DNA of 64,000 bases, taken from contig NC_058368.1 of assembly GCF_018350175.1 (NCBI RefSeq), forward strand, positions 5,208,001 to 5,272,000. The letters are read 5' to 3'. Within the stretch, counting starts at the first letter, position 1. The number at the start of each line of letters is the position of its first letter. The position numbers and the translations under genes are program-made. Below the pieces are notes generated by a model. That model was not told the origin of the DNA. It searched no databases and worked only from the letters and a program-made list of their open reading frames with translations. Positions 1 through 13,210 of the stretch are shown piece by piece. The stretch comes from Felis catus (taxonomy: Eukaryota).

Positions 1-192
1 GAGAGAGCGCGTGCGTGTGCATAAGTTGGGGAGGGGCAGAGGTGGGGGGAGAGTGAGGGAAAGAGAGAATCTTAAGCAGGCTCCGTGACCAGCTTGGAGT
101 TTGACTCGGGGCTTGATCCCACACCCATGAGTTTATGACCTGAGCTGAAATCAAGAGTCAGACACTTAAGTGACCGAGCCACCCAGGTGCCC
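1..192 (-). mobile_element. CanSINE, older subfamily, partial
   Basis: Reverse of gggcacctgggtggctcgg...gactcttgatttcagctcaggtc. Confidence 0.9.
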
Positions 193-970
193 TGGCACTA
201 GAGACTCTTGATTCTGTGACTGTGTTGTCACAAGGACTATATTTCTAGACAGAAGTATCAATTGTATTAAACCACAGAGATAAATATAATCAGTTTTAGG
301 AGATTAAGCGGTCTGGTCTTCGACCCAGGATGTAATGTGCAATGTCCTTACCGGTCCCTGGAATCAGCTTACGTATATGCCTCTTTTCCATGAATTGAGT
401 GCTTCCATCTATCTAATTGAGGCTTCCTGCATATTAATAACCCTCGTTATAATATCGATTCCATGCCTCGGAACCACACGTGGCGCTGAATTTCATTGCC
501 TGATTTGTGGTTAATTACCTAAATGTACATTTCGTTCTGAGCGTTGCCCTCGGTTCCTTTTTGGTCTCTCCCCCACTTTCGTGCCCCCCCCCCCCCACCA
601 CCCAGCTGTTATGTCATCTCTTCATTTGTTCTTTTATCAGTTCCTGGTGGCACAGGGTTGTGTCAAGCGGGTGTGGAGCAAATAATTAACCAGGAGGGCA
701 TACATGCTTGAAATTTGCCGGGGAAGAAGCAGAGGAGCATGGTGCCTTCACAGATCGAGGGGGTGCTAAAGACAGGTGGTTTCTGGGAAAACTGACGCCC
801 TGAGCAAAGAGACTATGACAGCCATGAGAGTTGATAAGCTTTTTCATTAGATTCACATTTCTACCACCGTAGATCCCGTAGCACAGAATGTTGCTCACGT
901 TCACATGCTTGCCTCTGAACATGATGAACTCATCGTAAGTCTCATGTGTGCATTAAATGGCACCCATCTC

Positions 971-1187
971 GGGGCGCCTGGGTGGCTCTGTCGGTTGAGC
1001 GTCCGACTTCGGCTCAGGTCGTGATCTCGCGGTCTGTGAGTTCGAGCCCCGCGTCAGGCTCTGTGCTGACATCTTGGAACCTGGGGCCTGTTTCAGATTC
1101 TGTGTCTCCCTCTTTCTCTGACCTTCCCCCGTTCATGCTCTGTCTCTCTCTGTCTCAAAAATAAACGCTAAAAAGTTTTTTTTTTTT
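971..1187 (+). mobile_element. CanSINE (SINEC_Fc type)
   Basis: ggggcgcctgggtggctc head, (CT)n, A-tail; TSD taaat[g/t]gcacccatctc at 954-970 and 1188-1204. Confidence 0.95.
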
Positions 1188-1204
1188 TAAATTGCACCCA
1201 TCTC

Positions 1205-1955
1205 ACTTCCGCACATGCTCTCCTTCTTGACAAATGGTACCGCCATTTATCCTGTTATGGAGCACAAGTTCTCGGAGGAACCCTTCCTTGACTGCTCTCT
1301 CTCACACCCCATGTAGAACCCATCCGCAAGGCCTGCGGGTGCTTCTTTAGAAATATTGCCCCAGATAGGACCGCTTCACAGCACCCCCACGATTAAGGCT
1401 TCCGTCCAGGCGACCATCATTCGAGTTAAGTCTGCACGGGTCTCCTCACAGCTCCCTTTCGCAACCACGAAAAACCACGTATTTTTCGCAACCATAAAAG
1501 GAGCCTGATTGGTCCTTTTATGATTGAGTCAGACCATACTATGTTCCTGTGCGAATACTAAGGTGGCTTTCTACTCCTACTTGGAGTAGAGTCTAAAATG
1601 CACCATGGGAGAGGTCCTCCTGACCAGACCTGCTCCTACCAGTCTCCTCCCCTTGACCTGCACTCCAGGCACACTGCCTTCCCTGCTGTTTTTCAAATAC
1701 ACGAAACAGTCCTTGTCTAGGGACTCTGCTCTGAATCGTGGGTGTGCTTTTCTCACTGGGCTCCTCATTTCCTACATCTGAAATTGAACTCCTTGGTCAC
1801 TGTCCATGTGCTTACCTTTAATTTTGCTCTATTGCATATGTTATATATGTATTTGTTTGTTATTTGCCCCCCTGAAGAACTTGCAGTCTTCATGAGATGG
1901 GCTTTGGGTTTTGTTCACTGTTTCTGCTACAGAAAACAACTATTTGTTAAATGAA
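1205..1955 (+). mobile_element. L2 remnant (3' part)
   Basis: Degenerate L2-like motifs ending in ...ctatttgttaaatgaac. Confidence 0.6.
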
Positions 1956-2159
1956 CAATTGGGGTTATCTGAGAACCGTATTGTAGTGGTTAAATTCCTC
2001 TTAAAGCCAAAAGCTCTGTTGTGTATTGGGGCTGCAAGGGCACTGGCCACATGGAAATGGTAAAATACTAGCGTTTTTTCTCATTGTCAGTGGGTTCGTT
2101 TGTGTTGCTGTTGACCCCACTCCTACCTCCATTGATTTTATAAAAGTTTGTCTCTAGTT

Positions 2160-2371
2160 GGGGCGCCTGGGTGGCTCAGTCGGTTGAGCGTCCGACTTCG
2201 GCTCAGGTCATGATCTCACGGTCTGTGAGTTCCAGCCCCACGTCGGGCTCCGTGCTGACAGCTCAGAGCCTGGAGCCTGTTTCAGATTCTGTGTCTCCCT
2301 GTCTCTCTGCCCCTCCCCCACTCATGCTCTGTCTCTGTCTCAAAAATAAACGTTAAAAAAAATTAAAAAAA
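2160..2371 (+). mobile_element. CanSINE
   Basis: Full head/body/tail; TSD aaaagtttgtctc[t/c]ag. Confidence 0.95.
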
Positions 2372-2405
2372 AAAAGTTTGTCTCCAGATTTTATATGAAA
2401 GTCTG

Positions 2406-2618
2406 GGGGCGCCTGGGTGGCTCAGTCGCTTGAGCGTCCAACTTCGGATGAGGTCATGATCTCATGGTTCGTGGGTTTGAGCCCCACATCGGGCTCTGTG
2501 TTGACCTCTTGCTCAGAGCCTGGAGGCTGCTTCAGATTCTGTGTCTCCTCTCTCTGCCCCTCCCTCGGTCACGCTCTGTCTCACTTTGTCTCTCAAAAAT
2601 AAATAAACGTAAAAAAAA
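2406..2618 (+). mobile_element. CanSINE
   Basis: Full element about 35 bp after the previous copy. Confidence 0.93.
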
Positions 2619-3049
2619 ATTTATGTGAAAGACTCTTGGATGTCCCAGCACCAGAGTTAGATGGTGAAAGCCCCGGATGTGTGTTTTCCTGTCGTGTCCT
2701 AACATCCGTTGACAGCAGGCCTAGACAGTGCGCAATGATTCGCGACAGGCTTGATGTGTACGTGTTCACCTCCTTTACAGAAATTTTAGAGTTTGTATTA
2801 CTCTCCCCGACTCTTCTCAAGATGAACAGGTTTTAAACCCCTCAGGAAGCATTAGCAGGAGGCCATCACTATCATTATTTGGTTAGTTTGTTGTGTCACA
2901 AGACTTATAAACTGCCCAGGAGAAGCATAACTTGTCAATAGTTCTTCCAGAATGACTACCTTTATTCATGTTTAAGATTCATGTCTGAAAGGCTTCTTTT
3001 AGCTTTTCTGCTTTCTTTTATTCGTGGGAGGTACTAAAAGCAACTCGTT

Positions 3050-3297
3050 GGGGTACATGGGCGGCTCAGTCAATTACGCATAGGACTCTGGATTTCGGCC
3101 CAGGTCACGATCTCACAGTTTCGTGAGTTTGAGCCCCACGTCGGGCTCTCGGCTGACCGTGTGGAGCCTGCTTGGCATTCTCTCTCTCCTTAGGATTCTC
3201 TTTCCTTCTTTCTCTGCCCCTCCCCCACTCACATGCACACAAGCATGCATGCTCGCTTTCTCTCTCTCAAAATAAATAAATAAACCAAAAAGAAAGT
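3050..3297 (+). mobile_element. CanSINE, diverged
   Basis: Head ggggtacatgggcggctcag; TSD aaaagcaact. Confidence 0.9.
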
Positions 3298-4421
3298 AAA
3301 AGCAACTTCTTTTCAGGTTGAAAATATTGAGACATACGTGAATTAAAGGCAGTTGAATGAAATAGTAGCTACACCCATATTGTGTCCTCATAAACCGTGT
3401 CCCAGAAAAATGTGATCCGAGCTTTTGAGCAACTTTGCTGCTTGAGGTTGCCATGTGGTTTAGAACTTGGGCCACCATCGTGGGCAGTTTAGGAAACTGG
3501 GCTCCAGATTAAGTGACGCCATTTATCGGGACTTTAATTATGAAGTGTTAGGATATTTAGTTGATTTCCGCTTGCCTGAAAGTATGTCTTTGTCCCCTGG
3601 GACCTTCCTTTGCCCCCAGTTTTCCATAAATTTGTGGCTATTTCTAAAGGCGGGCGTGAGTCGCTTTTTCCCAGTTTAGGCTGAACCAGACATTCCCTTT
3701 CGTCTTTAGCCTGTTGGTATGACTGAGTCTCCGCCTTGTACATGAAGGTGTGCTCTAATCACACAGGGACCTTTACTTTTATTTTACTTTGTTTTCTCCC
3801 ATTTCTCCAGAGGCATGGCCCTTGTGTCCTGCCTTTGGGGCCATGGTCTGACTCTGTGATCTTGGCCAAGTTGCTTTGAGATTTTGGCACTCAGTTTCTT
3901 CATCTATGAGATAGTATTAGACAGTCTGTAAGTGGATTCATTCATCAACAAATATTTATCTTCTACCATTTTCTCAGGTGCTGGATAACTTTGCATTGAT
4001 TGGTTCATTTCTTCATTGATATTCTCACTTGTTTCCGAAAGAACTGAAGGAAGCTGGGTAATAATATTTGCTTTCACAGCGTACAAAGCACCTTCGCATA
4101 TATCACCCATTTGATTATAATAATAGTCCTGAGAGGCCGGGGTGCTGCTTCATGGTACAGATGGGATAAAAGGTCTTTCCAACAAGCCATATTTGATGAT
4201 TATCAGGGAAGGGTCATCAGGAGGACGTGACCACTGGTTGACCTGTGATCTGGGCCTGACCCTTGGAGGCTCCTCACGTCCTTGGAATATGGCTTCCACG
4301 TGCCTTCCCTGCTTCCAGGAGGTGCCCCAAGCACCTAGCCTTGAGATAGTGATTCGGCGTTGGGAACCTCTGCACTATATGCTGACTGAGCCCCATTAAG
4401 GCCTCTTTATAAACTGAAGAT

Positions 4422-4617
4422 TTAAAAAAAAATGCTTATTTGTTTTGAGAGAGAGAGAGAGGAAGGGCAGAGAGAGAGGGAGAGAGAGCATCTCAAGCAG
4501 GCTCCGCACTATCAGCACAGAGCCCGACGCGGGGCTCTGTCTCACAAATTGTGAGATCATGACCTGAGCTGAAATCAAGAGTCCGATGCTTAACCGATCG
4601 AGCCGCCCCGGCACCCC
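4422..4617 (-). mobile_element. CanSINE, older subfamily
   Basis: TSD taaactgaagat at 4410-4421 and 4618-4629. Confidence 0.93.
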
Positions 4618-6724
4618 TAAACTGAAGATCTGATGGGCAGGCGCGGGCAGGTACTGGCCTTGTGGCCATCCACCCTGTAGGTGAGCCCTTGCTTATGGAA
4701 CCTGCCGCCTGCCAGGCTGTGGGGTCCGCCTCTCTCCTCTGCCTCTCCTTGCCATCTGTGGACAGCAGGCAGGTGTGGGGGGCAGTTTCAGATGGCGTCT
4801 GGGCAGCTCCAGATGCTTCAAATCTACGATTCCGTGGTCCCAACCGTTCAGCTCAAACTATTAGTATAATTACTCTAAGAAGCTCGTTCGAAGTGGAGAT
4901 TTCTGATTCACTGTGGGGGGTGGACCCCAAGAGTCTTCATTTCTAAGAAGCAATGGTGGCAGTTCTGGTCGGGGGTCTGCTGACTGCGCTTGGAGAAACG
5001 CTGCCTTCTGGGCGAACACAGCGCCCGCACAGCACAGATGGCCATCACACGTTTACTGGCTCAATCTGTGGGCAACGAAGCTGTGAGAAATAACCAACAG
5101 AAATAGAATGAAAACGTTCAAGTGTAGATAGACAGGTGACACCCGTAACACTGATGGAATGGGAAAGTCGGCTTTGCTGTGGACCCAGACACTTGCAGTG
5201 TCTGAAAGTGAATTAACTGGTGCTCAGCGTGCTGTGCTCTTAGGCTCCCCTTCTAGCACCCCAGGCCTTCAGATTTGACCTTGCACACCTCTCATACCAC
5301 CCACACTGCTAATCCACTGTCATTTCCCCTGTTAACCAACAGCCTCTTCCAACCCTCTCTTTCCTTCCAGGGCCTGGTGTAGGAAGCCGTCAGCATCGCC
5401 CTGCCTGGCGCTCCTGTGTGCAGATCCTCCACTGCGGAGGAACGGGGACCTGAATTAGAAGATCCCAACCCCTCTGGAATAATACATCTAACGTTTGCAC
5501 AGACCCCAGGGAAGCTCTGTCTTAGAGAGGGGTCAGCTGAGATCTTCCTGCAGTCTTTAAAAGGCTCTGCGGAAAGGGCAACTCTATAGAAGTTCACGAA
5601 TAGGGTTTCAGCCTCGCCGCTCCCAGCCCTCCCTCCACTTGGGAGCTCTGATCTCCTCGGACAAGGCCGCTCCCCCTGCCTCTTCCCCTGTTCGCCGTGT
5701 TAGAGGACTTTTTTTAAGTTAAATCATGACTCTCCTACAGATAGCGTTCAGGAGGGAGCCGGTAAGATGTTACAGTCCATTCAAAGCATAATCCAAAGAA
5801 GACGCATTTCTAGATCAGGAATACTGAAGCGTATATGCGTATAGAGGCAAAATTAGCATTTTTCTGCAGAATGGGGAGGGGGGCGTAAATTGAACTGCCT
5901 GCCATCTGGCAGCATTTCCTTGTCTACAGGCACGAATTACTTTGAATTGCCTTCAGTTGTCTGCAATTCACAGCACTCAAAGACAATGAGAAGCGAGAAT
6001 CAAATAACCTGGAAAGACGTGAGCTGGACATTTCACGGTTTTCTACTGCAGCACAAATTTTGCCCACTTTGGCTTTATGCACTTATGTTGAACAGTCCAT
6101 TTGCAGGAGGCAGTTTATCCTAATTGGGCTGCTCTGAGATTTCTCACCCAAGCCCTTGTGTTGAAACAGGAGCACAGAGGCTAATGAACGGAGGGGAGGG
6201 GTCCTTAAGGTAGTGGACTTGATGGCAGGAGGGGAAGGAGGAGAATGCAGGTGGGGGAGGGCCGGATCAGAATCACCCGTAGGGCCGTGTGCGCACGCAC
6301 GCGTGTGTGCACACGCACGTGAGGATTTTGGAAAAGCTCTCTGCCTCCTTGTTGAGACGCAGGGCTGCTCTTAACACTTCAGGACCCCATCCTCCTCAGG
6401 CGAAGCAATGACTCGCGGCTTGTCCCTAGAGGCCGGAATTCTAGTCCTGATGAACCACTGGCACCCCTTGGGGGCTTTGGTCCCATCGCTTGACTTTAGA
6501 TCCCTTCATCTAAGGTGTGGGGAAATACGGAGGTGCCTGTCGTACACATTTGTTAGAGGATCAGCTCAGAGAGCGCGCACTGAAGTCGTTTGCATGCGAT
6601 GAAACGCAGCATACGTCTTCCTGTTATTTTGTGTCCCCTGTCCTCGCTGCTGGTTATGGTCTTTCACTCCTGAGAGCTGACAGCACAAAGGTCTCGAGTC
6701 AGATCCTTCTAGCTGTCCTTCCCT

Positions 6725-6875
6725 GTAGTGTGTGAACTGGACAGACCGCTGCACTTTTCTGAGCCCTGGAGGTCTCATCTTTCAAACAGAGGTAACAGCG
6801 CTTACCTCCTAGGCTCTTGCAGAGTTGAAGTGAAATGGCTTGTAAAGTACCTGACACTCAGCAGGTGCTCTCCCA
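6725..6875 (+). mobile_element. MIR remnant
   Basis: tgtgtgaactggacagac...tctgagcc...ctcatctttcaaa...cttacctcctagg...tgtaaagtacctgaca resembles the MIR core. Confidence 0.65.
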
Positions 6876-7959
6876 AGGTGACTTTGCTGCCATTCTGCTG
6901 CCCATCGTCCTGGGCCTACTGACTTGACCCTCAGACACCAAGGAGTGGGGGGGGGGGGCTCAAGATGGGGCACGTACCCCTACATTGTCCAAATCATAAA
7001 ACTAATCAGGAAGTTGAACCACCACCCCGGGTACTCTCTCAATAGGCTCTCCGAGTTTGCAGTCATAGAGGAAGTGCTGTGATTCGACTAGGGAATAGTA
7101 ATGGGAACTGTCAGCAAGTTTGATTTTTTCCCACCAGCTACAGCGTATGTAGTACAAGCATTGACCCTGGGTAGACTTCTAAAGAACCATTACGACATTA
7201 GGGAACTTATATTTATTACATTTAATTGGAAATATAAGCTTGGCACGTAGGAAATACGAAAGGAGTAGAGCAGTAGAGCAGTAAATAAATGATAAATGCA
7301 GTAGGTGGTCAGGGAAGGGTCTGGTTCCCTGTGCATCCTTCTTAACAATCCAAATAATGGGCCATCTTGGCTAGGATTCTGCCACCAATTGATGGGAGCA
7401 AAGAACTGAAGCAGGTGTGTGAAGAGTTCTAGAAAGGACTCTCATAGATTACTCATGGAAAAGCATGACTGTGTGCGCCTATGTGCATGGGTGAGTGAAT
7501 TAAATCCTCTTCTCAGAGTTCTAAGCTTCTATATTGAAGGGTCTCTGTGGACAGACCAGTCACACAAGCAAAGCCTTTACTTACTTATTCATTCATTCAT
7601 TCATTCACTCATTTATTTTATTTTTTTTAGAAGCAAAGCCTTTAAACCAAAGCTTTAGGAACATGTGACATCATTTTCAGGGTGGGGAGAGGCCCGAACG
7701 GGATTCCTCTTTTTCCTTTCACACCTGTGCCTATCTTTGTGCAATTTATTTATTTTTGTTTGTTTTTAGAATCATTTGAAAAGAACTGCTTTAGAATTAA
7801 TCAGCTGGAGGAGGGTCGATACCGGCAGGGTCACCAGCGGGCCGAGGGGCGATGAAATACAAGGATGGAAGGGGACAGGTGGGTCAGGGGAGGGGGGTGA
7901 GGTTTCAGTCAGAGCAGAGACGGGGCTTCAGAGGAAGGTAGGTCTTTGTCTGCATTTTA

Positions 7960-8170
7960 TTTTATTTTTAAAGTTTATTTATTTATTTTGAGAGGGAGAG
8001 AGAGAGAGTGAGCACGAGCAGGGGAGAGGCAGAGAGAGAGAATCCCAAGCAGGCTCCACACTGTCCATGCAGAGTCCCAGCTCAAGGCTTGATCTCACCA
8101 GCCAGGAGATCATGACCTGAGCTGAAATCAAGAGTCCGACTCTTAACCGACTGAGCCACCCAGGGGCCCC
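7960..8170 (-). mobile_element. CanSINE, older subfamily
   Basis: TSD tttgtctgcatttta on both sides. Confidence 0.93.
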
Positions 8171-8200
8171 TTTTGTCTGCATTTTAAACCTGTTTTTTTC

Positions 8201-8295
8201 TTTCCTTTCCTTTCCTTTCCTTCCCTTCCCTTCCCTTCCCTTCCCTTCCCTTCCCTTCCCTTCCCTTCCCTTCCCTTCCCTTCCCTTCCCTTCCC
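8201..8295. repeat. (TTTCC)4(TTCCC)15 pentanucleotide microsatellite
   Basis: Read directly from the sequence. Confidence 0.97.
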
Positions 8296-8628
8296 TTTTT
8301 AACAGCAATGTGCTATGCCAAGAATTATTCCATTGAATACTAGATATGCTTTTAGATGCAATGTGTGAGCACTAGATAAAATTTTTGGTGATAACAGTGA
8401 TGGGCTTAGTATTTAATTTGTAAAGTTTCATGCTTTAATTAACATGGCCACGGATAGTTTTCAGGGAATATCTGGAATGTTGATGGTTGGAACGGAGATC
8501 CGAACTGGGGACTTGAACCTACGGGCCCCTTTCAAGTCTTGTTCTTTTAGTGAAATTCAAGCTTTAAATGATGAACTTAAGTTTTAAGATTTAGCTGGTG
8601 TAGCTATAAACAGCTCGGTACAAACTGC

Positions 8629-8857
8629 TTTTTTTTTTTTTTTTTAATTTTTTAAATCTTTATTTTCGAGACAGAGAAGGAGAGAGAGACAGTGTGGTGG
8701 GGACGGGCAGAGAGAGAGGGAGACACAGAATCTGGAGCAGGCTGCAGGCTCTGAGCTGCCAGCACAGAGCTGGACACGGGGCTCAAACCCATGAACTGTG
8801 AGATCACGACCTGAGCTGAAGTCGAACGCTTAACTGACTGAGCCACCCAGGCACCCC
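8629..8857 (-). mobile_element. CanSINE
   Basis: Poly-T, (GA)n, reverse head ...gagccacccaggcacccc. Confidence 0.93.
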
Positions 8858-8884
8858 ATGATTCTTTAAAAATATGTCACTACT

Positions 8885-9109
8885 GGGGCGCCTGGGTGGC
8901 GCAGTCGGTTAAGCGTCCGACTTCAGCCAGGTCACGATCTCGCGGTCCGTGAGTTCGAGCCCCGCGTCGGGCTCTGGGCTGATGGCTCGGAGCCTGGAGC
9001 CTGTTTCCGATTCTGTGTCTCCCTCTCTCTCTGCCCCTCCCCCGTTCATGCTCTGTCTCTCTCTGTCCCAAAAAAATAAATAAAACGTTGAAAAAAAAAA
9101 TTTAAAAAA
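8885..9109 (+). mobile_element. CanSINE, young SINEC_Fc copy
   Basis: CpGs intact; perfect 17-bp TSD aaaaatatgtcactact. Confidence 0.97.
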
Positions 9110-9155
9110 AAAAATATGTCACTACTAAACATCTTGGTAAAGAATGCACAGGTCA

Positions 9156-9357
9156 GGGGCGCCTGGGTGGCTCAGTTGGTTAAGTGTCTGACCCTTGGTT
9201 TTGTCTTAGATCATGATCTCATGGTTTGTGAGATTGAGCCCTGAGAGTTGGGCTCTGCCTGCTTGGATCTTCTGTCTCCCCCTTTCTCTCTGCCCCTCCC
9301 CTGCTCATGCTCTCCCTCTCTCCTCCCCGCCCCCCCCAAATAAAGAAATAAACATTA
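9156..9357 (+). mobile_element. CanSINE, diverged
   Basis: TSD aa[g/a]aatgcacag[g/c]tca. Confidence 0.9.
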
Positions 9358-9585
9358 AAAAATGCACAGCTCAAACTTGATTTCGCATAGAATAGTCCCT
9401 TAGTGGTTCTGGTACTTTAGTGGATGACCAGATAACTACTTAGTGTCAACCAAGAAAAAGAGGCAGAACTGAAATAAAATAAAAGCAGTTATTTGGGGTC
9501 TGAGAATTGCGATTTGGAGGCACAGATTTGGGTAACAACCCACATTGCATCCCACTAGGGAGCCAAAGTCAGGAGTTTTTAAATA

Positions 9586-9835
9586 TTTTTTTTCATATAT
9601 GTATTTTTTCATGTATTTTGAGAGAGAGAGAGAGTGTGTGAGAGTGGGCACGTGTGTGAGCTAGCAGGGGAGGGGCAGAGAGAGAGAGAAAGAGAGAGAG
9701 AGAACATCCCAAGCAGGCTCTGTGTTGTCAGCTCAGGGTCTGATGCGGGGCTCAATCTCACACACCATGAGAGATCGTGACCTGAGCTGAGATCAGGAGT
9801 CTGACGCTTAACCGACAGAGCCACCCAGGCGTCCC
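9586..9835 (-). mobile_element. CanSINE, diverged
   Basis: Reverse head ...ccacccaggcgtccc; (GA)n. Confidence 0.9.
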
Positions 9836-10033
9836 AAGGCCCATCTCCTTAATGGCCTCCCGACTCCCTTTCAGAACCCCTTGATGTAAGGGACTCCATT
9901 TTCTTTCACCTTTCACATTAGGAACGCATTTTGTCTTCAGAGCCTTGTTCTTCACTGTGTGTAACGCATAGCAACTATACTTTTTACATTTGTCTACGTG
10001 TTTCTCCATAGCTTATGGTCTCTCTTTTCCTTT

Positions 10034-10254
10034 CATTTTTTTAAAAAATTTTTTTAGATGTTTATTCATTTTTTGAGAGAGACAGAGCATGAGTGGGGGA
10101 GGGGCAGAGAGAGAGGGAGACACAGAATCCGAAGCAGGTTCCAGGCTCTGAGCTGTCAGCACGGAGCCCGACGTGGGGCTCGAACTCATGAACCGTGAGA
10201 TCGTGACCTGAGCCAAAGTCAGATGCTTAATCAACTGAGCCACCCAGGCGCTCC
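10034..10254 (-). mobile_element. CanSINE
   Basis: Full reverse element. Confidence 0.93.
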
Positions 10255-11699
10255 TCTCTTCCTTTTAAAGGAGAAGTAAGCCATATGGCAACTTGAGAAT
10301 TACACAAGTAACTATTACTTTGTACCTGCACAGCACTAGAAGTACACAGCAGACCCCCCAAAAGAAGGAGTCTGATCTATGACTTTGTACGGCGGGCTCT
10401 ACTGGGCGTCGTGAAAATCTCTGGAGGTGAAGCGATTGTATAGGACGCGTTTGCTGCTAAATACGGAGCCTGGCATATTTAACCTCTGACTGAGGTTCCC
10501 TGTGAGGATATTTGGGCCTTTTTTGCTCCTTTAGGATTCACCATCTTTTTCCATATCATGGAAACTGATATGGAAACTGAGCCCCTTGTTAAATCCCCCT
10601 GTCATTCCCGCCAATTATAAAGTGGTGATGATGAGCAATTATTGGGAGGTGAGTAAAACAGGCCTGCAGGTATAGGGCTCAAACTTTGCTTTCTGGTCCT
10701 CGGGAAGGACGAAGCCACAGAACTGTCCTTTTCTGGCTCATTCCTTAACTGTAGCGTTAGTTAAGTAGACAAAACACTTCCGAATCAAGGGGAATATAGA
10801 GAATTCCTTAAGGACTTAATAAACACCTTCAGAGGCTCTCTGAAAGTATGTATTATTTACCTGTGGATTTTGACAGAAGCGTTTGTCTGTAGACTGAGAT
10901 GCTTCTTTTAAAAGCGTGGCCTTGCTTTTCATGCCTCATGTAAGGGTGCCGCTGAGGTTTGAGAGTGCGCATGCTTGGTACGCCATACCCTCTACCTAGA
11001 GGTTTGTCTCCATAAGGCCTGTGACTCAAAGTCGTCCTGTCATTGTGGGCTTGTCAGTAAGTGTCCCTACCTTCCCTGTGTTGCAAGTTAAAAAAAGTTA
11101 CCCAAAGGTATTTAAATAAAGGTCACAAGCAGGTCCCGTTAACGGCCCTCTATTTTCAGTAAAATTGCGAACCGGGCCTTCACCCTTCTTCCTTCACCCT
11201 CTGCCGCCACCACAAGGACTAATATGCCCGGGCTTCCGCATTCTGGCTCTGGGAGAGGGGAGCGCGTTGTCCTGTGGGACTTGGGGAGGCTCCTGAGTGG
11301 GGAGGGCTGGGGCGTGGAGCGGGAATGGGGGTCAGCTGTCACAGGCCGGGGAGAGAGAGGAGGCCTTTCCTCGAGGCCCAGCACAGGCTCACCGAATCCT
11401 GCCCTGCTGAAAAGTGCTCTTCAGTCTGTAATGTGTCTAATGCCACTGATTATGTGATTCTGACTTGAGTCCCTCTTCCTGCCCTGTGGCGTTTCTCTTA
11501 TAGCTGATGGGTCTAAAAGCACTCTTAACCTTATGGCCTCTGTAACCACATTGTCAAGCAGGGTGCTTCTGGATGTCAGTGACCTTCCAATTTAGGAGTG
11601 ACTTGATTGGTGATTACTTTCTTCTCTCTCCCCCTCTGCACTTCTGGGCAGAATGTTCCAGGTCTCTGCACACAGTTAGGTTTAACTGCTGTTACTCTT

Positions 11700-11919
11700 T
11701 TTTTTTTTTTTTTTTTTTAACGTTTGTTCATTTCTGGGACAGAGAGAGACAGAGCATGAACGGGGGAGGGTCAGAGAGAGGGAGACACAGAATCCGAAAC
11801 AGGCTCCAGGCTCTGAGCTGTCAGCACAGAGCCCGACGCGGGGCTCGAACTCACAGACCGTAAGATCATGACCTGAGCCGAAGTCGGACGCTCAACCGAC
11901 TGAGCCACCCAGGCGCCCC
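11700..11919 (-). mobile_element. CanSINE
   Basis: TSD ttaactgct[g/a]ttactctt at 11682-11699 and 11920-11937. Confidence 0.95.
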
Positions 11920-12856
11920 TTAACTGCTATTACTCTTAACGCAAAGTGTATGGCAGAACAGATTGAAGCCCCTATAGGATTTCCTTGAGACTGAATCGTA
12001 AAGAAGTCGGTTAAAGTTCTTTTTCAGAAACAAGTTCGCTTAAACCAAGTCATTTTATTGAATGGTTTCGGTAAAGACGTGTGGTCAGTTTTTTCCCTCC
12101 TAGACCCCGGGCGTTCCAGTGATGATTGTGGCACTTGAGCTTGTGTTTTAGCTATTAAGGGTTCTTGATGGTTCCAAACGCAGCCTGCCTCCTGAATGTA
12201 AGCGGCCGTCAGAAGCACGGGCCTGAACTACGTGCTCTGTGAAAGTCTCTGCGGACGGGCCTCTCTTTTCCTTCCGCTCCCGCCAGCGTGTCTGTGTATG
12301 TGCTCCGTTACGGCTGTGTTTCCAATATACATCTTTCCCATTGGCCTTTCCTCCCACTCTTGTCCAAGATCAATCCTTCCATTTAAAAGCTAGAAACTTG
12401 CCCCCCCCCCCCAAAAAAGTATGGAGGACACACAGTGCTTTCTCAGTGGAATCTATTGAGATGTGGTTTAATGGAGGGTGAGAAGCTGGACAGATTCCTG
12501 GGACCAGAGTCCAAGTTGATACTGTTTTCTGATTGTATCCCCACCCCCACCCTAGTTGAGCTTTATTGTTGAACCTGAATAAAGAAATCTCTCGTTATTT
12601 TAAGGCCTTTCCCGTTAAATCTTAACGTTTTAAATTTGGAGGGTGCAGGGGAGGATAAAACTTGACTCTCTAAAAAATTAGGTATTTGGGTATAATTCCG
12701 TTTTGTTTCTTGTTTCCCATAACCCCAAGGGTCCCTCTTATTGGAAGCGTTAGAATTTTACTCCTCAGGTCTCCTTGGAAGGCAAATCTTTGATAAAGTG
12801 TGGGACATTTGAGTTTGTCCTGGCAACCGCCTGTTTGTTCTCTGTATTTGAGTCTA

Positions 12857-12884
<28 letters not shown>

Positions 12885-12887
<3 letters not shown>

Positions 12888-13210
12888 TTTTACATTACAC
12901 ACATAAGCGAAATCATATGGTATTTCTTGTTCTGTGACTTGTTTTTACTTAGTAGAATGACCTTCTAGGTCCATCCATGTTGTCACGAATGGCAAGATTT
13001 CATTGTTTTTCATGCGTGTGTCTCACATCTTCTTTATCCAAGCATCTAACTGTCTATGCTGTTTCCATGTCTTGGCTCTCGTAAATAACACTGCAATAAA
13101 CATGGGGGTGCATCGATCTTTTCAATTTAGTGTCTTCATTTTCTTTGGGTAAATATCCAGAAGTGGAATTATTGGATCGTATAGTATTTCTATTTTTAAT
13201 ATATTTTTTT
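12885..13210 (-). mobile_element. L1 3'-region fragment
   Basis: ...tctaggtccatccatgttgtcacgaatggcaagatttc...tttgggtaaatatccagaagtggaattattggatcgtatagta is typical antisense L1 3' sequence. Confidence 0.85.

Noticed and set aside
971..1050. tRNA-like A-box and B-box sequences (here and in every SINE head)
   Set aside because: These are tRNA-derived SINE heads followed by (CT)n and A-tails, not tRNA genes.
7979..8308. ORF with (EGKGR)n repeats
   Set aside because: Translation of the (GGGAA)n microsatellite plus a SINE.
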